Shown in pieces: positions 17,599 through 28,200 of a stretch of DNA of 64,000 bases. A program made the position numbers and the translations under genes. This stretch comes from Candidatus Latescibacterota bacterium (GTDB taxonomy: Bacteria > Latescibacterota > UBA2968 > GCA-2709665), in NCBI GenBank assembly GCA_965205485.1, contig OZ242180.1:3648001-3712000 (forward strand), given 5' to 3'. Every line of letters begins with the position of its first letter. Within the stretch, counting starts at the first letter, position 1. The notes under the pieces were generated by a model. It worked only from the letters and a program-made list of their open reading frames with translations, was not told the origin of the DNA and ran no database searches.

Positions 17599-18888
17599 TT
17601 ATGTCCGGTTTGACAGCACTTCCTTCTCGTACGCTTCCATTTCCGGAATCCAGGCGACGCCGGGGGGGACGCCGGTTTTCAGACAGGCCATGTCCCATAC
17701 GGCGGAAAAGGGCATGGTTTTCATGTCTTCCATCAGGGCCAGCTTCTGCGCCAGTTTGCCCTCCCGTTCCAGTTCCTTCAGTTGCCGCGTGGGATCGAGC
17801 AGCGCGTAGAGGATGGCTTTCCGCGTCGCGCGGGCGCCGATGACGTAGGCGCCAATGCGGTTGATGCTGGCGTCAAAGAAGTCCAGGGCCACGTACACGC
17901 GGTCCAGGGCGTTGCAGCGGACAATCTCGAGAAAGACGTTGCGTACATCGTCCCCGAACAGAACGACGTGGTCCGAATCCCAGCGGATGGGCCGGCTCGT
18001 GTGGATGAGCAGCCTTTCGTGGAAGGGAAGGTGCGAGGAAATCTTGTCCGCGATGGATTCCGTGGGGTGGAAGTGGCCCATGTCCAGGCAGAGAACCGCG
18101 CCCCGAGACAGGGCGTAGTTCGCGTAGAAGTCGTTTGAGCCCGCTGTGTAGTCTTCCACGCCCAGGCCGAAGAGCTTGCCCTCGACGGCGTCCACGCAGG
18201 CCGGTCCGATGCCCAGCGAGGGATCCAGGACGGCGTCCAGGGATTCCACGAGGCGTTCACGGGGTCCGATTCGGTCCGCCGGATGGTCCTTGGCGCCGTC
18301 GGGAATCCAGTGGTTGTTCACGCACACGTCGTCCAGCGCAAGCCCCATCGCTTCCGCGATCCACCGGCTAGCCACGCCGTGGCGAATCCAGAATTCCCGG
18401 ACTTCCACCTCCGGATGGGCCAGGGTGTACCCGTCATTCGCCTTCGGATGGGCGAAATACGTGGGGTTGAAGTCCAGCCCGACCCCGTTTTCCTTCGCCC
18501 ACGTTATCCAGCCGGCGAAGTGTTCGGGTTCGAGCCTGTCGCGGTCCACGATTTTACCGCCCGTGTCGCCGTAGGAAGCGTGGACGTTCGCGCGGTGCCT
18601 CCCCGGCAACAGGTCGATCGCCTGTTTCAGATCGGCCCGCAGCTCATCCCCGTTTCGGGCCCGGCCCGGATAGTTCCCGGTGGCCATGATGCCGCCGCCC
18701 TCCACGGCTTCGTCCTTCGTCTCGAACCCCGCCACGTCGTCGGCCTGCCAGCAGTGAAGCGATATGGGCACATCGGCTGCCTTTTCCACGGCTTCGTGCG
18801 TGTTCACGCCGAAGGCGGCGTACTGTTCGGCGGCCTCCTGAAAGGCGGCCTCGATCTGCGCGTCGGTCCGCGTCGTCTGGTATTGCAT
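17599..18888 (-). CDS. rhaA: L-rhamnose isomerase
   Basis: ISLHCWQADD, ATGNYPG, LDMGHFHPTE, RWDSDHVV, LDFFDASINR. Confidence 0.96.
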   Translation of the reverse strand: MQYQTTRTDAQIEAAFQEAAEQYAAFGVNTHEAVEKAADVPISLHCWQADDVAGFETKDEAVEGGGIMATGNYPGRARNGDELRADLKQAIDLLPGRHRANVHASYGDTGGKIVDRDRLEPEHFAGWITWAKENGVGLDFNPTYFAHPKANDGYTLAHPEVEVREFWIRHGVASRWIAEAMGLALDDVCVNNHWIPDGAKDHPADRIGPRERLVESLDAVLDPSLGIGPACVDAVEGKLFGLGVEDYTAGSNDFYANYALSRGAVLCLDMGHFHPTESIADKISSHLPFHERLLIHTSRPIRWDSDHVVLFGDDVRNVFLEIVRCNALDRVYVALDFFDASINRIGAYVIGARATRKAILYALLDPTRQLKELEREGKLAQKLALMEDMKTMPFSAVWDMACLKTGVPPGVAWIPEMEAYEKEVLSNRT

Positions 18889-19004
18889 CCGGATTCTCCC
18901 TGACGGTTTACCGGGAAAATGGGGCGTTCCCTGGTACCTGCCGATTTTCGCCCGATTCCCGCATGGAACAGGCAGGCAGTGAAATCGCGTGGTGTCTTCG
19001 ATAG

Positions 19005-19394
19005 CTATCTAACACCCGGCAGCGCTGCGACCTTATCCTGAAGCCACGCCTTCAACCCGGCGAACCGGAATGACCCGGCTTCCAGGTTCCCTACGATAAA
19101 CGCGTATGCCTCATCGTCGTCACAGTCGATAAAGTGGCCGTTCAGACGCAGGAAGGTGTCGGTGACAAAAAAGGCCGCCCGTTTGTTGCCGTCCACAAAA
19201 GGATGGTTGTTGGCGAGGCTCTCCATGAGGGCGGCGGCCTGGTCGATCAGACCGTCGTAGTATCCAAGCTGCGGACGCATGAGCGCCGACGCGAGCGCGC
19301 CTTCATCACGTATTCCAGGTGCCCCGCCAAACGTGCTGATCAGGGCGTCGTGCATGACCAGGACTTCCTGTATGGTGGGGAAGTCGTGGGTCAT
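19005..19394 (-). CDS. doc: Doc/Fic-family toxin
   Basis: HPFVDGNKR motif. Confidence 0.92.
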   Translation of the reverse strand: MTHDFPTIQEVLVMHDALISTFGGAPGIRDEGALASALMRPQLGYYDGLIDQAAALMESLANNHPFVDGNKRAAFFVTDTFLRLNGHFIDCDDDEAYAFIVGNLEAGSFRFAGLKAWLQDKVAALPGVR

Positions 19395-19618
19395 CTGGCC
19401 AGCATTTCACCCAGACGGCGATGTCTTTCCACGCTGGCCTGAAAGTGGGCCATGATCTCAGCGCGCGGCTTCTCCCGGGTGCGGTTATCGATGTATTCCC
19501 GCATGGCCTCTTCCAGCACTACCTGAAAGTGACGACCCTCCATGCGGGCAATCTCCCGCATGGTGCCCAACAGCTCGGGGGCAACCTGGCTGGAGAATTT
19601 CTCTCTTGGCATATTCAT
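19391..19618 (-). CDS. Putative antitoxin of Doc
   Basis: Small RHH-like protein ending LGEMLAR; ATGA overlap with doc. Confidence 0.75.
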   Translation of the reverse strand: MNMPREKFSSQVAPELLGTMREIARMEGRHFQVVLEEAMREYIDNRTREKPRAEIMAHFQASVERHRRLGEMLAR

Positions 19619-19668
19619 AACCGAACGACTCCGTTTTTATTCAAAAATGGGCCTTCGAAGTCCGGCTG

Positions 19669-19684
19669 TCAAGATTTATCTTGA
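19669..19684. promoter_or_regulatory. Palindrome tcaagat-tt-atcttga, candidate operator of the doc operon
   Basis: Perfect 7-2-7 inverted repeat upstream of the antitoxin, overlapping a minus-strand TTGACA. Confidence 0.55.
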
Positions 19685-19789
19685 TAAAAATGGGTAAATG
19701 AACCGCGTTGTCGATCAGGAACCCGTTATCTTTCGATGTCGTGATCCGGGATCTCTCTAATATCCGTGTCCGTATCGCCTTGCCGCCTG

Positions 19790-20740
19790 TCAGCCAATTA
19801 GCGCCTGCAATTCGGGCAGGAGGTAGGCGAGGGCGATGCTGACGAGCAGCCCGCCGGTAATTTTGACGAAGTCCGTTGCGACAAGCCGCGTCACTTCCCT
19901 GCGGCTGCGGTGGCGCTGATTCCAGGCGACCGCGATTTCGCGTCCGGCCAGGAGGCCGACGAAGACCCAGGTCGTGCTCATCGGCAGCTTGCTGACCTCT
20001 TTAAACAGCAAAAGCACGATGCCGTAAATCAGGTCGACAAAAGTCGCTGACCGGATGTCGGTGGTATTGGTCTTGGTGAGCACCACCTTCTGGATGGCGC
20101 CGCCGTGGTTGTAGAAGATAATGGCATGCAGGGCCAGCATGACCACCAGCGAAAGAAAGAACCATTCCGCGGTCAGGCTGCGTGGAAGGAAAACGAAGAT
20201 ATTGGCCAGGTCCTGTATCAGCCATTGGCTCCACAGGAAGCCGGTGGAACACCACTGCGCCACCACCCACCAGCCGGTCGTGGGTCCCTCTGTTTTGTGG
20301 AAGCGGGATTCGATTGTCCCGGTGACCCATCGGTAGATCAGAATTGCCGCGATGAAGGCCGTTGCATACCCGGCGAGCGATTTGACCAGCATGGCCGGCA
20401 GCGCCTTCGGCGCAAAGATCGTCAGGGTGAGAAACGTGGTGCTTACGGGAATGCCCCAACGTGTCAGAAGGAGCAGGACGAACGGAGGAACGCAGTAAAT
20501 CCAGGTCCACTGTTCGGGTTCGGGGATCTTCTCCAGCCTGCCGTAGGAGACGTCGTCGTGCATCCACCACCCGTAGACGAGGACGACGATCAGAATACTG
20601 CATGCAAAGATCCAGAGTACCCACCAGGGGCGTCTGGCATTGGAACTGAGAAAGGTCCCGAGTGTCTGGATTGCGTCGTTTCCAACAATGGAATAGGCGC
20701 CAAGCAAAAATCCGACAACCATGATCACTTCCTGACTCAA
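19790..20740 (-). CDS. Membrane protein related to PiT phosphate transporters
   Basis: VGNDAIQTLG, GIPVSTT, QDLAN, LPMSTT repeated halves; many TM segments. Confidence 0.75.
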   Translation of the reverse strand: MSQEVIMVVGFLLGAYSIVGNDAIQTLGTFLSSNARRPWWVLWIFACSILIVVLVYGWWMHDDVSYGRLEKIPEPEQWTWIYCVPPFVLLLLTRWGIPVSTTFLTLTIFAPKALPAMLVKSLAGYATAFIAAILIYRWVTGTIESRFHKTEGPTTGWWVVAQWCSTGFLWSQWLIQDLANIFVFLPRSLTAEWFFLSLVVMLALHAIIFYNHGGAIQKVVLTKTNTTDIRSATFVDLIYGIVLLLFKEVSKLPMSTTWVFVGLLAGREIAVAWNQRHRSRREVTRLVATDFVKITGGLLVSIALAYLLPELQALIG

Positions 20741-20939
20741 AGCGGTTCTCCTCCGTTCGAAAGGGTTTTGCAGGCGGCAATTGTGGACCGGGCATATTGT
20801 CTCCTGCCTGTCGACGGAGACGGTGTCCGGATCTGACGCCTGCGGTAAATCCGGACGTCAAAGTAAGGTGTGTCGAAAGATCGTTTACCATGGGAATCAC
20901 GCTGTTCGCCGGCTGATATTGCCGTCGACTGATTTCGAA

Positions 20940-22088
20940 TCAATTCGGGCAGTCCTGATCCACAAGTTCGCCTGATTTCACAGTGGCCAGCGGTTCCCAC
21001 GAGCCGCCGGAACGTTCGACGCCGAGGACGTCGGAAAGGCGTCCGTCGGGGTTCCACCGCAAAACCGCGATATCGGCGCACGCGCCGGGCGCCAGTGTGC
21101 CCACCTCGCCCGTCAGCCCCAGTAACTCGGCGGGCCTGGCCGTCGCCCGCGCGAACACTTCCGCTTCGGGCATGCCCGCGGCGACATACTTGGACATCGT
21201 CCTGGGCAGGTGGTGGGGCGGGTCGGCGCCCACGTGCGCATTGTACTGGTCGGTGGAAATCGTATCGGGGTAGAATCCCTCGGCGATGGCCTGTTCCGCG
21301 TGCGGAAAGCTGAAGGACTGCATCCCGTGGCAGCCGTCGAAAAGGACGCCCCGGTCGCGGGCGTCACGGACCGCGCGCCGCACCTCTCCGCCGGCGATGA
21401 TGTTGTCCGGACGGGGGCTGAACGTGTACGTGAAGAGGTCTCCCGCGCGCAGGAGCGACAGTTGTTCTCCGAGCGGAAAGTCGACGTTGAAACGGGGCCC
21501 GTAGAGGATCGGGCGCCCGCTGCGTTCGGCCGCTTCGACGCCACGGCGCATGATCTCCCGGGGGTCGTGGGCGAGGCGTGGCTCGAGTACCGTGTTGAAG
21601 GCGATGCCCCAGATGTCCTCGCCCGCTTCAGCGATCGTATCTACGCAGAGATCGACGTCCGCGTTCTCGAGGCGCTCGAAACAGTGATCGGGCGGCGACT
21701 CACCGGATTTCGACAGGTGAAGCGCGAGCCGCACCCGCGTGCGGCAACCCTGGATGACCTCCTCGCGATAGGCAGGCCAGTTGAGAGCGCCGGCATCGCC
21801 TTGCGACAAACACGTGGTGACCCCGTGTGGAAGAAAATGCGTATCGGGATCCACGCCGAACCGGGAACCGCCCCGTGCCGGATGGGCGTGCATGTCAACC
21901 AGGCCCGGCAGAAGCAGGGCGTCGGGGTAGTCGAGATTCAGACCCGCGGTTCCTTTGACGTCGGGACCGGCTGCGACAATCCGGTCGCCCCTTACGGCGA
22001 CGGCGCCCGGGCCGTCCCGACCGGTGTCGGCGCAGAATACACGCTCGGCTGAAATCAGAAGGTCATAGTCTTCGGCTGTTTCGGACAT
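20940..22088 (-). CDS. Amidohydrolase/dihydroorotase-like metallohydrolase
   Basis: LPGLVDMHAH, PDTISTD, GTLAPGACADIAV. Confidence 0.88.
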   Translation of the reverse strand: MSETAEDYDLLISAERVFCADTGRDGPGAVAVRGDRIVAAGPDVKGTAGLNLDYPDALLLPGLVDMHAHPARGGSRFGVDPDTHFLPHGVTTCLSQGDAGALNWPAYREEVIQGCRTRVRLALHLSKSGESPPDHCFERLENADVDLCVDTIAEAGEDIWGIAFNTVLEPRLAHDPREIMRRGVEAAERSGRPILYGPRFNVDFPLGEQLSLLRAGDLFTYTFSPRPDNIIAGGEVRRAVRDARDRGVLFDGCHGMQSFSFPHAEQAIAEGFYPDTISTDQYNAHVGADPPHHLPRTMSKYVAAGMPEAEVFARATARPAELLGLTGEVGTLAPGACADIAVLRWNPDGRLSDVLGVERSGGSWEPLATVKSGELVDQDCPN

Positions 22089-22183
22089 CGATCGTTCCTT
22101 TTCGGTGGAAGAAATGGTTGGGATACGTCCGCCAGATAGGGGGATCGGGGACGCATGCGGGAATTCCCCGGCGTTCCGGTTCC

Positions 22184-23714
22184 TCAGTTGCACGCGTTCA
22201 AACGCATTCCGCCAATCTCTATAGCGCTGCCACCAGTACGCGTGCACTCGATCGTGACATTCACCAGAGATGCTCCGGCCGGCACTGTGACCGTGGCGTG
22301 TTGTTGGGTCCATTCGGGGTTTTTGTTGAAAACGCGTGTTTCTGCGTCGTTTCGACCTCGAAGAACCGAAACGTCGCCTCGATGCCGGCCCCAGGATGTC
22401 CGCGTGTCCAGACCGAAAAGGTATTCGCGCCTCTTTCCAGACCGCCCAACCCATCAACGCTGCAGATTGTCCCGACATTCCGTACAGTCAGGAAAACACC
22501 GATGGCATCAGGTCCTCCGTCGTTCCGGACCACTTCTGCCGGCAGCATGTCGTATCCGTCCGGAACGCCGTCCGCATTCAGATCGACACTCAATTCGGGA
22601 AACACATTCACTAAAGCGGATCCGGTCGTTGTACGATAGAGAATCGTCCGCCCACTCCGAATACGTCCTCACCGGGACACGGTTGTCCCTGCACCAGGAC
22701 AGCATCCGGTCGACCCGCTCGAGATAGCCGCCCCAGCCGTCCGGCATGACGTGCTCCCAGAAGTGGCTGTGGCCGATGAGCACGCGGTGCCCGGCGATCC
22801 CGTCCGCGATTCGTTTCAGGTTCCAATCCAGGTCCCGCGCCTCGTCATCGAAGTCGCCCCACTGCATACCGAAACGCTTGTCCCCATTGGGATCATCCTC
22901 GTTGAAGCACTTCAGAGACCGGTCGGGGTAGGTCGCGGCGGCGACGTATCCGTACAAGATCTCCGAAACACGCTTTGACGTCTCCACGCCAGAAGTCGGA
23001 GCACCCTCCGGAGCCGGGCTGTATCCACGTCACGGGACGATCAAGGCCAATCTCGTCAAACAATTCGAGCGACGACTCGGCCAGAAGCCTGCGCGCGTCC
23101 AGCGTCATCCGGACGTCCGCCTTGCTCAGCTTGTAGAAGACCACGTCCCGTAATTCGCCCAGATCGACGTTGTCTTCGTCCCAGAAACTGCGCAGCGCCA
23201 ATACGACGTCGCCCGATCGTTCGATCTGTCTGAACCGAAACACACTGTCTATATGGGGAACGTAGACGGCGATGAATCTCGTCTGGTTCGGGTCGTTCAG
23301 GACGCCAGGCGTCCGGCTTCTCATCAGATTGCCCGAAATATCCGCGCGATATTCCGGCAGCAACGAAGGGTCGATCGCTTCAGGCGTCAGGTAGACGTGA
23401 TTTGCATCCACGTGGTCGACGCCCGGCGTCGCGCGCCAGGCATCGGCGTCGGCGCCTTGAGGGAGCGGGAGCTTGTCCACGCTGTGAAGGGGCGTGTGGT
23501 CCATGATTTCGTGCCCCCGGTCCTGCAACGACCTGACCAGCCTCGTATAGTCCTCGTCTCCGGCCATTCTCCCCGGGCACAACGCGGCGCAGAACTTGAA
23601 CCCGTACCGGTTGAAAACCTCCGCGAACTCGATCCATTGCCGTATCGGCTTGTTGTCGTCCACGCGAAAGCAGATGCCTCCGCGTTTGTCTGTTCTCACG
23701 TTTCCAGAATCCAC
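22184..23714 (-). pseudogene. Polysaccharide deacetylase-like protein with C-terminal beta domain, broken by about 3 frameshifts
   Basis: FRVDD, GHEIMDHT..H; contiguous pieces 22893-23714, 22508-22987, 22261-22611, then PEWTQQHATVTVPAG..NACN*. Confidence 0.65.
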
Positions 23715-23948
23715 GTAGACCTTCTGGCAACCGGCTTTCGTTCAATTGGAATATTGCCCTGGCATCAGTCGAATCTCAATTGAAAGACCGCGCATGCCTG
23801 CTGTTTCGTATTCCGCGTTCATCCAATGCACGCCGGCCGGGCGTGGTGCCTCTTTCGATCCGACCGAATTCTTCTTACCATGACGTGTCATACGGGTTCC
23901 ATTCGAGGCAGTATCAATCCAGGATCCTTCACACCAGGGAGCGTCCCG

Positions 23949-24266
23949 ATGATCTACGAACACCGCATCTACAGAGTCCCGGAAGGCCGGATGCCGGACA
24001 TCCTCAGCCGGTTTGAAAACATTACATTCGACCTGTTTGACCGGCACGGCATCAGAGTCTCCGGTTTCTGGACGCGAAAATATGCCAATGAGCTGATCTA
24101 CCTCTGTGAATTTGAAAGCGAAGAGGCGATGGACGCCGCGTGGGATGCATTCCGCGCGGATCCAGACTGGATCGCGGCGCGGGAACGAACCGAAGCCAAC
24201 GGACCCATCGTAGATGAGGTTATCTCAGACGTCCTCATCCCAACCTCCTTCTCGCCGATGCAATAG
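23949..24266 (+). CDS. NIPSNAP family protein
   Basis: MIYEHRIY, AWDAFRADPDW, LIPTSFSP. Confidence 0.92.
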   Translation: MIYEHRIYRVPEGRMPDILSRFENITFDLFDRHGIRVSGFWTRKYANELIYLCEFESEEAMDAAWDAFRADPDWIAARERTEANGPIVDEVISDVLIPTSFSPMQ

Positions 24267-24294
24267 GCGCGGTTCCGATTGAAGCCCCACACCG

Positions 24295-24624
24295 TCATTT
24301 GGGGGGAAGCGAACGGACGTAATCCACCGCTCTGTACACCCAGTCCGTCAGGTCTTCGTCCGATTCGATTGCGGGCGGCTCCACCATCGCCCATCCCTTC
24401 ATGACGCGCCCCGTAATGTCGAACGGCCGCGTGTGCGGCTCGGCAAGTGTCCGTTCGTGGTGTGCCCTGTCGAGACGGACAATCAGGGACCCCTTCCACG
24501 TGCCTGCGCACATGTTGCCGCCGATCATGAAGCAGACCCCTCCGAACATCCTCTTCTCGGAGAATCCGTCCTCGTCAATCAGGATCGTCCGTATCCGACT
24601 GACGAGTTCCTCGTCGCCTGCCAT
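24295..24624 (-). CDS. TfoX/Sxy N-terminal domain protein
   Basis: EKRMFGGVCFM, MKGW, SLPPK. Confidence 0.9.
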   Translation of the reverse strand: MAGDEELVSRIRTILIDEDGFSEKRMFGGVCFMIGGNMCAGTWKGSLIVRLDRAHHERTLAEPHTRPFDITGRVMKGWAMVEPPAIESDEDLTDWVYRAVDYVRSLPPK

Positions 24625-24627
24625 TCG

Positions 24628-25194
24628 CTATATCTCCTCGAACAGCTGTCTCAGTCTGAATACCGTGTTGTGATTTCGGGCGGTGAGCTTCTGATACTCC
24701 GGTGATCCCGGCAGCTTCACCCACGTGGACCGGGTCGGTCGTGTCCTGGATACCGACCAGTAGATCACGCCGGGCCCTGACGTCACGGTCTCCCACTCCG
24801 GCCGCGGCGATGGGAGCCGGGCAAGGATGTCCTCCGGTCGTGCTCCGGCCAGCGTAAAGAGCGCGTGGTGCATCCGCTCGTCGTCTTGTCCCCAATCCTC
24901 GGGCGCCGCGTCAACCGCGGTTCGATATGACTTTCTGGACAGGACGACAGCGCGCGCGTTATACGAAAAACGTGCCGAAAGCGCGCTTTCGACTTCGTCC
25001 GCGAGCGCCGGTTCATCGGAATTGGTCGACCGAAACAGGATGTTACCGGTCTGGATGTAGGTGCGGACGCTGAGGAATCCCATGTCCTCAAAGCAGCCGC
25101 GGAGCGCGTCTTTGGGAACGATGTTCTTCCCGCCGACGTTCACCCCGCGCAGGAGCGCCAGAAATCGGGGATGTGCTCTCTCTTCGCGTGACAT
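24628..25194 (-). CDS. DUF1697 protein
   Basis: ALLRGVNVGG, VRTYIQTGN, TARNHNT. Confidence 0.92.
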   Translation of the reverse strand: MSREERAHPRFLALLRGVNVGGKNIVPKDALRGCFEDMGFLSVRTYIQTGNILFRSTNSDEPALADEVESALSARFSYNARAVVLSRKSYRTAVDAAPEDWGQDDERMHHALFTLAGARPEDILARLPSPRPEWETVTSGPGVIYWSVSRTRPTRSTWVKLPGSPEYQKLTARNHNTVFRLRQLFEEI

Positions 25195-25229
25195 CTGTAC
25201 TACACTCCCGTCGGCGACGAAGCGTGAGG

Positions 25230-26894
25230 CTACAGGGCGCCCCGGTTTCGCAGTAACTTTGCGATATCCTCATGACCGCGTCGATTTGCCCAGGCGAGGG
25301 GCGTCGCCCATTCGGCGCCCGCGGCGTTGGGATCGGCGCCGCTATCCAGTAGAAGCTGCACCAGTTCCGCGTTACCCTCGCGTGCGGCGATCCCCATGGG
25401 TGTCGAGCGGTCCTCCTCATCGATTGCGTTGACGTCAGCGCCGAATTCAATGAACATGCGTACCATCATGGCGGCATCGGACACGGCCCGGTTGGGGCGG
25501 CAGAGGTCGTGCAGCGGGGTTCGCCGCTGCCAGTCGGGCAGGTTCGGGTCCAGGCCGTGTTCGAGGAGCCGGCGCGTCATGCGTGGCACGTGGTAGAGAT
25601 AGGTCTTGCAGGCCGTCAGTACGCGGGGCATCGGGTGTTTGCGCTGCAGGAACATATCGAACATCGCCTCGTGGGCATCCGTGGATTCTCCACGATCCTC
25701 CATGCGCCCGCAGCCGCTGATCGCGGCGGTGTAGGGTGTGGTCAGGTACTCGCTCTCCTCGTTGGAAAACGGATCGTCGGTGTAGCGGAGGATCGCGGCC
25801 ACCGTCTCGAACTCGCCCCGCTGTACGTAGCCCCACGCTCCGGATGCGCGCCCGCCGTAGCCGTAGAGCAAGCCCCGCATGGCGTCAGAGTGGGCACGTA
25901 TCGCGGGGGACCCGGAGGAGTCCACGTGCCCGTTCGGATCGGCGCCGGCTTCAAGAAGCCATCTGGCGACTTCGAGGTCGTCCTGCACGGTCGCGGTCAT
26001 CAGCGATGCCCCGTAGGGGCACAGCCGGCTTTCCGGCAGACCGGGATCCGCCCCGTTATCCAGCAGAAAGCGGACAATGTCACGGTGGCCGCGTTCCACC
26101 GCGGCCGACAGCGGGCGTTTCTGAAGATTCTCGCCGTCGTTCACGGCGGATGGGTCGGCGTCGACAAACGCCCTGACGGCATCCAGGTCTCCCCTCGCGG
26201 CAGCCAGCGTTGGGGTGTCGCGGACGCCTGCGTCCAGCAGAAGTCGCGCCAGATCGGGACTCGCTTCCGACCTGTGCCACATCAGGTCCCGCCAGTAAAT
26301 GTAGTGGATGGCGCGGAAACCGGCGTGGTCGGCGGCATCCACCTCGATGTCGCTGTCGAGGAGCGACCTTACTGCCGCGCGGTCGTTCGCGATGACGGCG
26401 AGATGGAGTGCGGTCCTGCCTTCGGGGTCCCGTTGTGATTCGATGCCATCTGTGCCTTCAAGCAGGCGTTGGATCTCCGCGTGGTCTCCGGCGTCTATCG
26501 CTTTGTGCAGCCGCGGGTCCGGCGCCTCCGAAACGGGCCCGGAGGCCTCCCTGAGATAGTCTGCGACCGAAGTATGGCCGCGGTCGTCTGCCATTTCGAT
26601 GAGGTCCGCGACTTCGTCGTACGGATACGCCTCCCATAACACCCTGGTTGCGTCCGAACTGCCCTCCCGCACCGCGAAGTGGATCGGCGGGGTGTACCAG
26701 AATTGCAGTCTGGCGCAGTCCGGATCCTCGCGCAGGTGATTGCGCAGGGCGCCGGCATCATTCCGGATCGCGGCGCTGATCAGTTCCCAGTAGAGGCGTC
26801 CCTCTTGTGTTTCGATGCACCAGGACGGCCGGTGCATGGCCTCGATGACGTCCTGCGGCGTTCGTTCCGATTCGCCGGTTTTTTCAATGTTCAT
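25230..26894 (-). CDS. Ankyrin repeat protein (in frame with the upstream phosphoesterase)
   Basis: TALHLA, TPLHD, TPLAWA repeats; own SD aagga; length and N-terminus match the paralog at 34469-36136. Confidence 0.85.
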   Translation of the reverse strand: MNIEKTGESERTPQDVIEAMHRPSWCIETQEGRLYWELISAAIRNDAGALRNHLREDPDCARLQFWYTPPIHFAVREGSSDATRVLWEAYPYDEVADLIEMADDRGHTSVADYLREASGPVSEAPDPRLHKAIDAGDHAEIQRLLEGTDGIESQRDPEGRTALHLAVIANDRAAVRSLLDSDIEVDAADHAGFRAIHYIYWRDLMWHRSEASPDLARLLLDAGVRDTPTLAAARGDLDAVRAFVDADPSAVNDGENLQKRPLSAAVERGHRDIVRFLLDNGADPGLPESRLCPYGASLMTATVQDDLEVARWLLEAGADPNGHVDSSGSPAIRAHSDAMRGLLYGYGGRASGAWGYVQRGEFETVAAILRYTDDPFSNEESEYLTTPYTAAISGCGRMEDRGESTDAHEAMFDMFLQRKHPMPRVLTACKTYLYHVPRMTRRLLEHGLDPNLPDWQRRTPLHDLCRPNRAVSDAAMMVRMFIEFGADVNAIDEEDRSTPMGIAAREGNAELVQLLLDSGADPNAAGAEWATPLAWANRRGHEDIAKLLRNRGAL

Positions 26895-27932
26895 CCCGGT
26901 CCTTTCCGTAGGTTTGCGTCGACTTCCGTTCGTCCGTTGCTTCTTCACGATCCTTTGCTCGAAGCTGAACACGTTCTCGCTGGCGGGGTCCACCGTGACC
27001 TCGATCCAGTGTACGTCCGACGCGCCGAACGTCTCCACGCGCGTGAAATTCGCGAATCGCCTGCCGCCACCCTTGCGCCGAAGCGGCTTGTCGATCCGGA
27101 AATAGTGCGAGTCACCATGCGCAAGGACGACCGGCCTCCCGAATCGTTCCGTTTCCTCGCGCAACACGTCGAGGACCGCCTGGTAGTGGGGAGGGTCCGG
27201 CGCATGCCTTTGCTCCAGGCCCATCGACGCGTGCAGGGTAAGAAACAGCGCCTTGCCGGACCCGGACGCCTCCGAAAAAGCACGGCGAAGCCATGCGATC
27301 CCCGCATTGGTGCGCCGTTCGACCGCCGCGTCGTGCCGTTCCGTCCTCACCGGGACCGCGCCAACCTCTGTCGAATCCCGGCGTTGAAACCCTCGCAACC
27401 CGTTTCTGCTCCCCACAATGTGAATGGTCGCGAAGTGAACCCCGGCCCGTTCCCAGCGGACGTTCTCGACAAACTCGCTGTATTCGGGCACCGACGCCTG
27501 GGATTCAACCCGCATCGTCCGCTTGCCGAGCGTCATCCCGGCACGGGGATAGAAAAGTGAACGCAGTTTCCGCAGGCGTTCCAGCGGATCGAAGCGGCCG
27601 GCGATCTTGCGATGACAGTCCGTCCATTCGTTGTCGCCCGGCGTGAGGATGAACGGGTCATCGAAGCGATTGAACCTTTCCAGACGACCTTCCAGAACCG
27701 CATCCGTGCATGGTTGTCCGCCACGTTTGATGTCGCCCGCGTGGATGACCCATTGTACGTCGTCGTCCGCGTTGATCATGTCGGTCAACCTTGCGAACCG
27801 GATACTGTCGGCATCGGCGTACGGCACGTCTCCGATAAGGGCGAACGAGAAGGTATCGGCGCCGGCCCGGCTTTGCGAGGACGTCAGCGCAATCGCGATA
27901 AGCAAGGCGGATAACCTCACGGCCATTGTCAT
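26895..27932 (-). CDS. Secreted calcineurin-like metallophosphoesterase, no stop before the ankyrin ORF
   Basis: Signal peptide; IGDVPY, HAGDIK, PGDNEW, AHGDSH; SD ggagg. Confidence 0.85.
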
Positions 27933-28200
27933 TAAAGCCTCCGTACAGTTGGTAGATTTCTGCATACCGCGAACACGCGCCACACGCAGGCCCGGCGAAA
28001 AACCGCGCAGATCTACTACGGGCACCGCGATCGGCCGCCGCTGGCCAACGATTCCGGAATCCCGGCGGTGTTCTGGCGGGACGATCCCGATCCGGAAACG
28101 CGCGCGTTTTACGGCGTACTCAACGAGCGGACCCGCCTTTACATGGCCGCCTTCGGGCCGCGCGAGGACTGAGCAGGCGGTTTATCGCAAAATCGCATCT

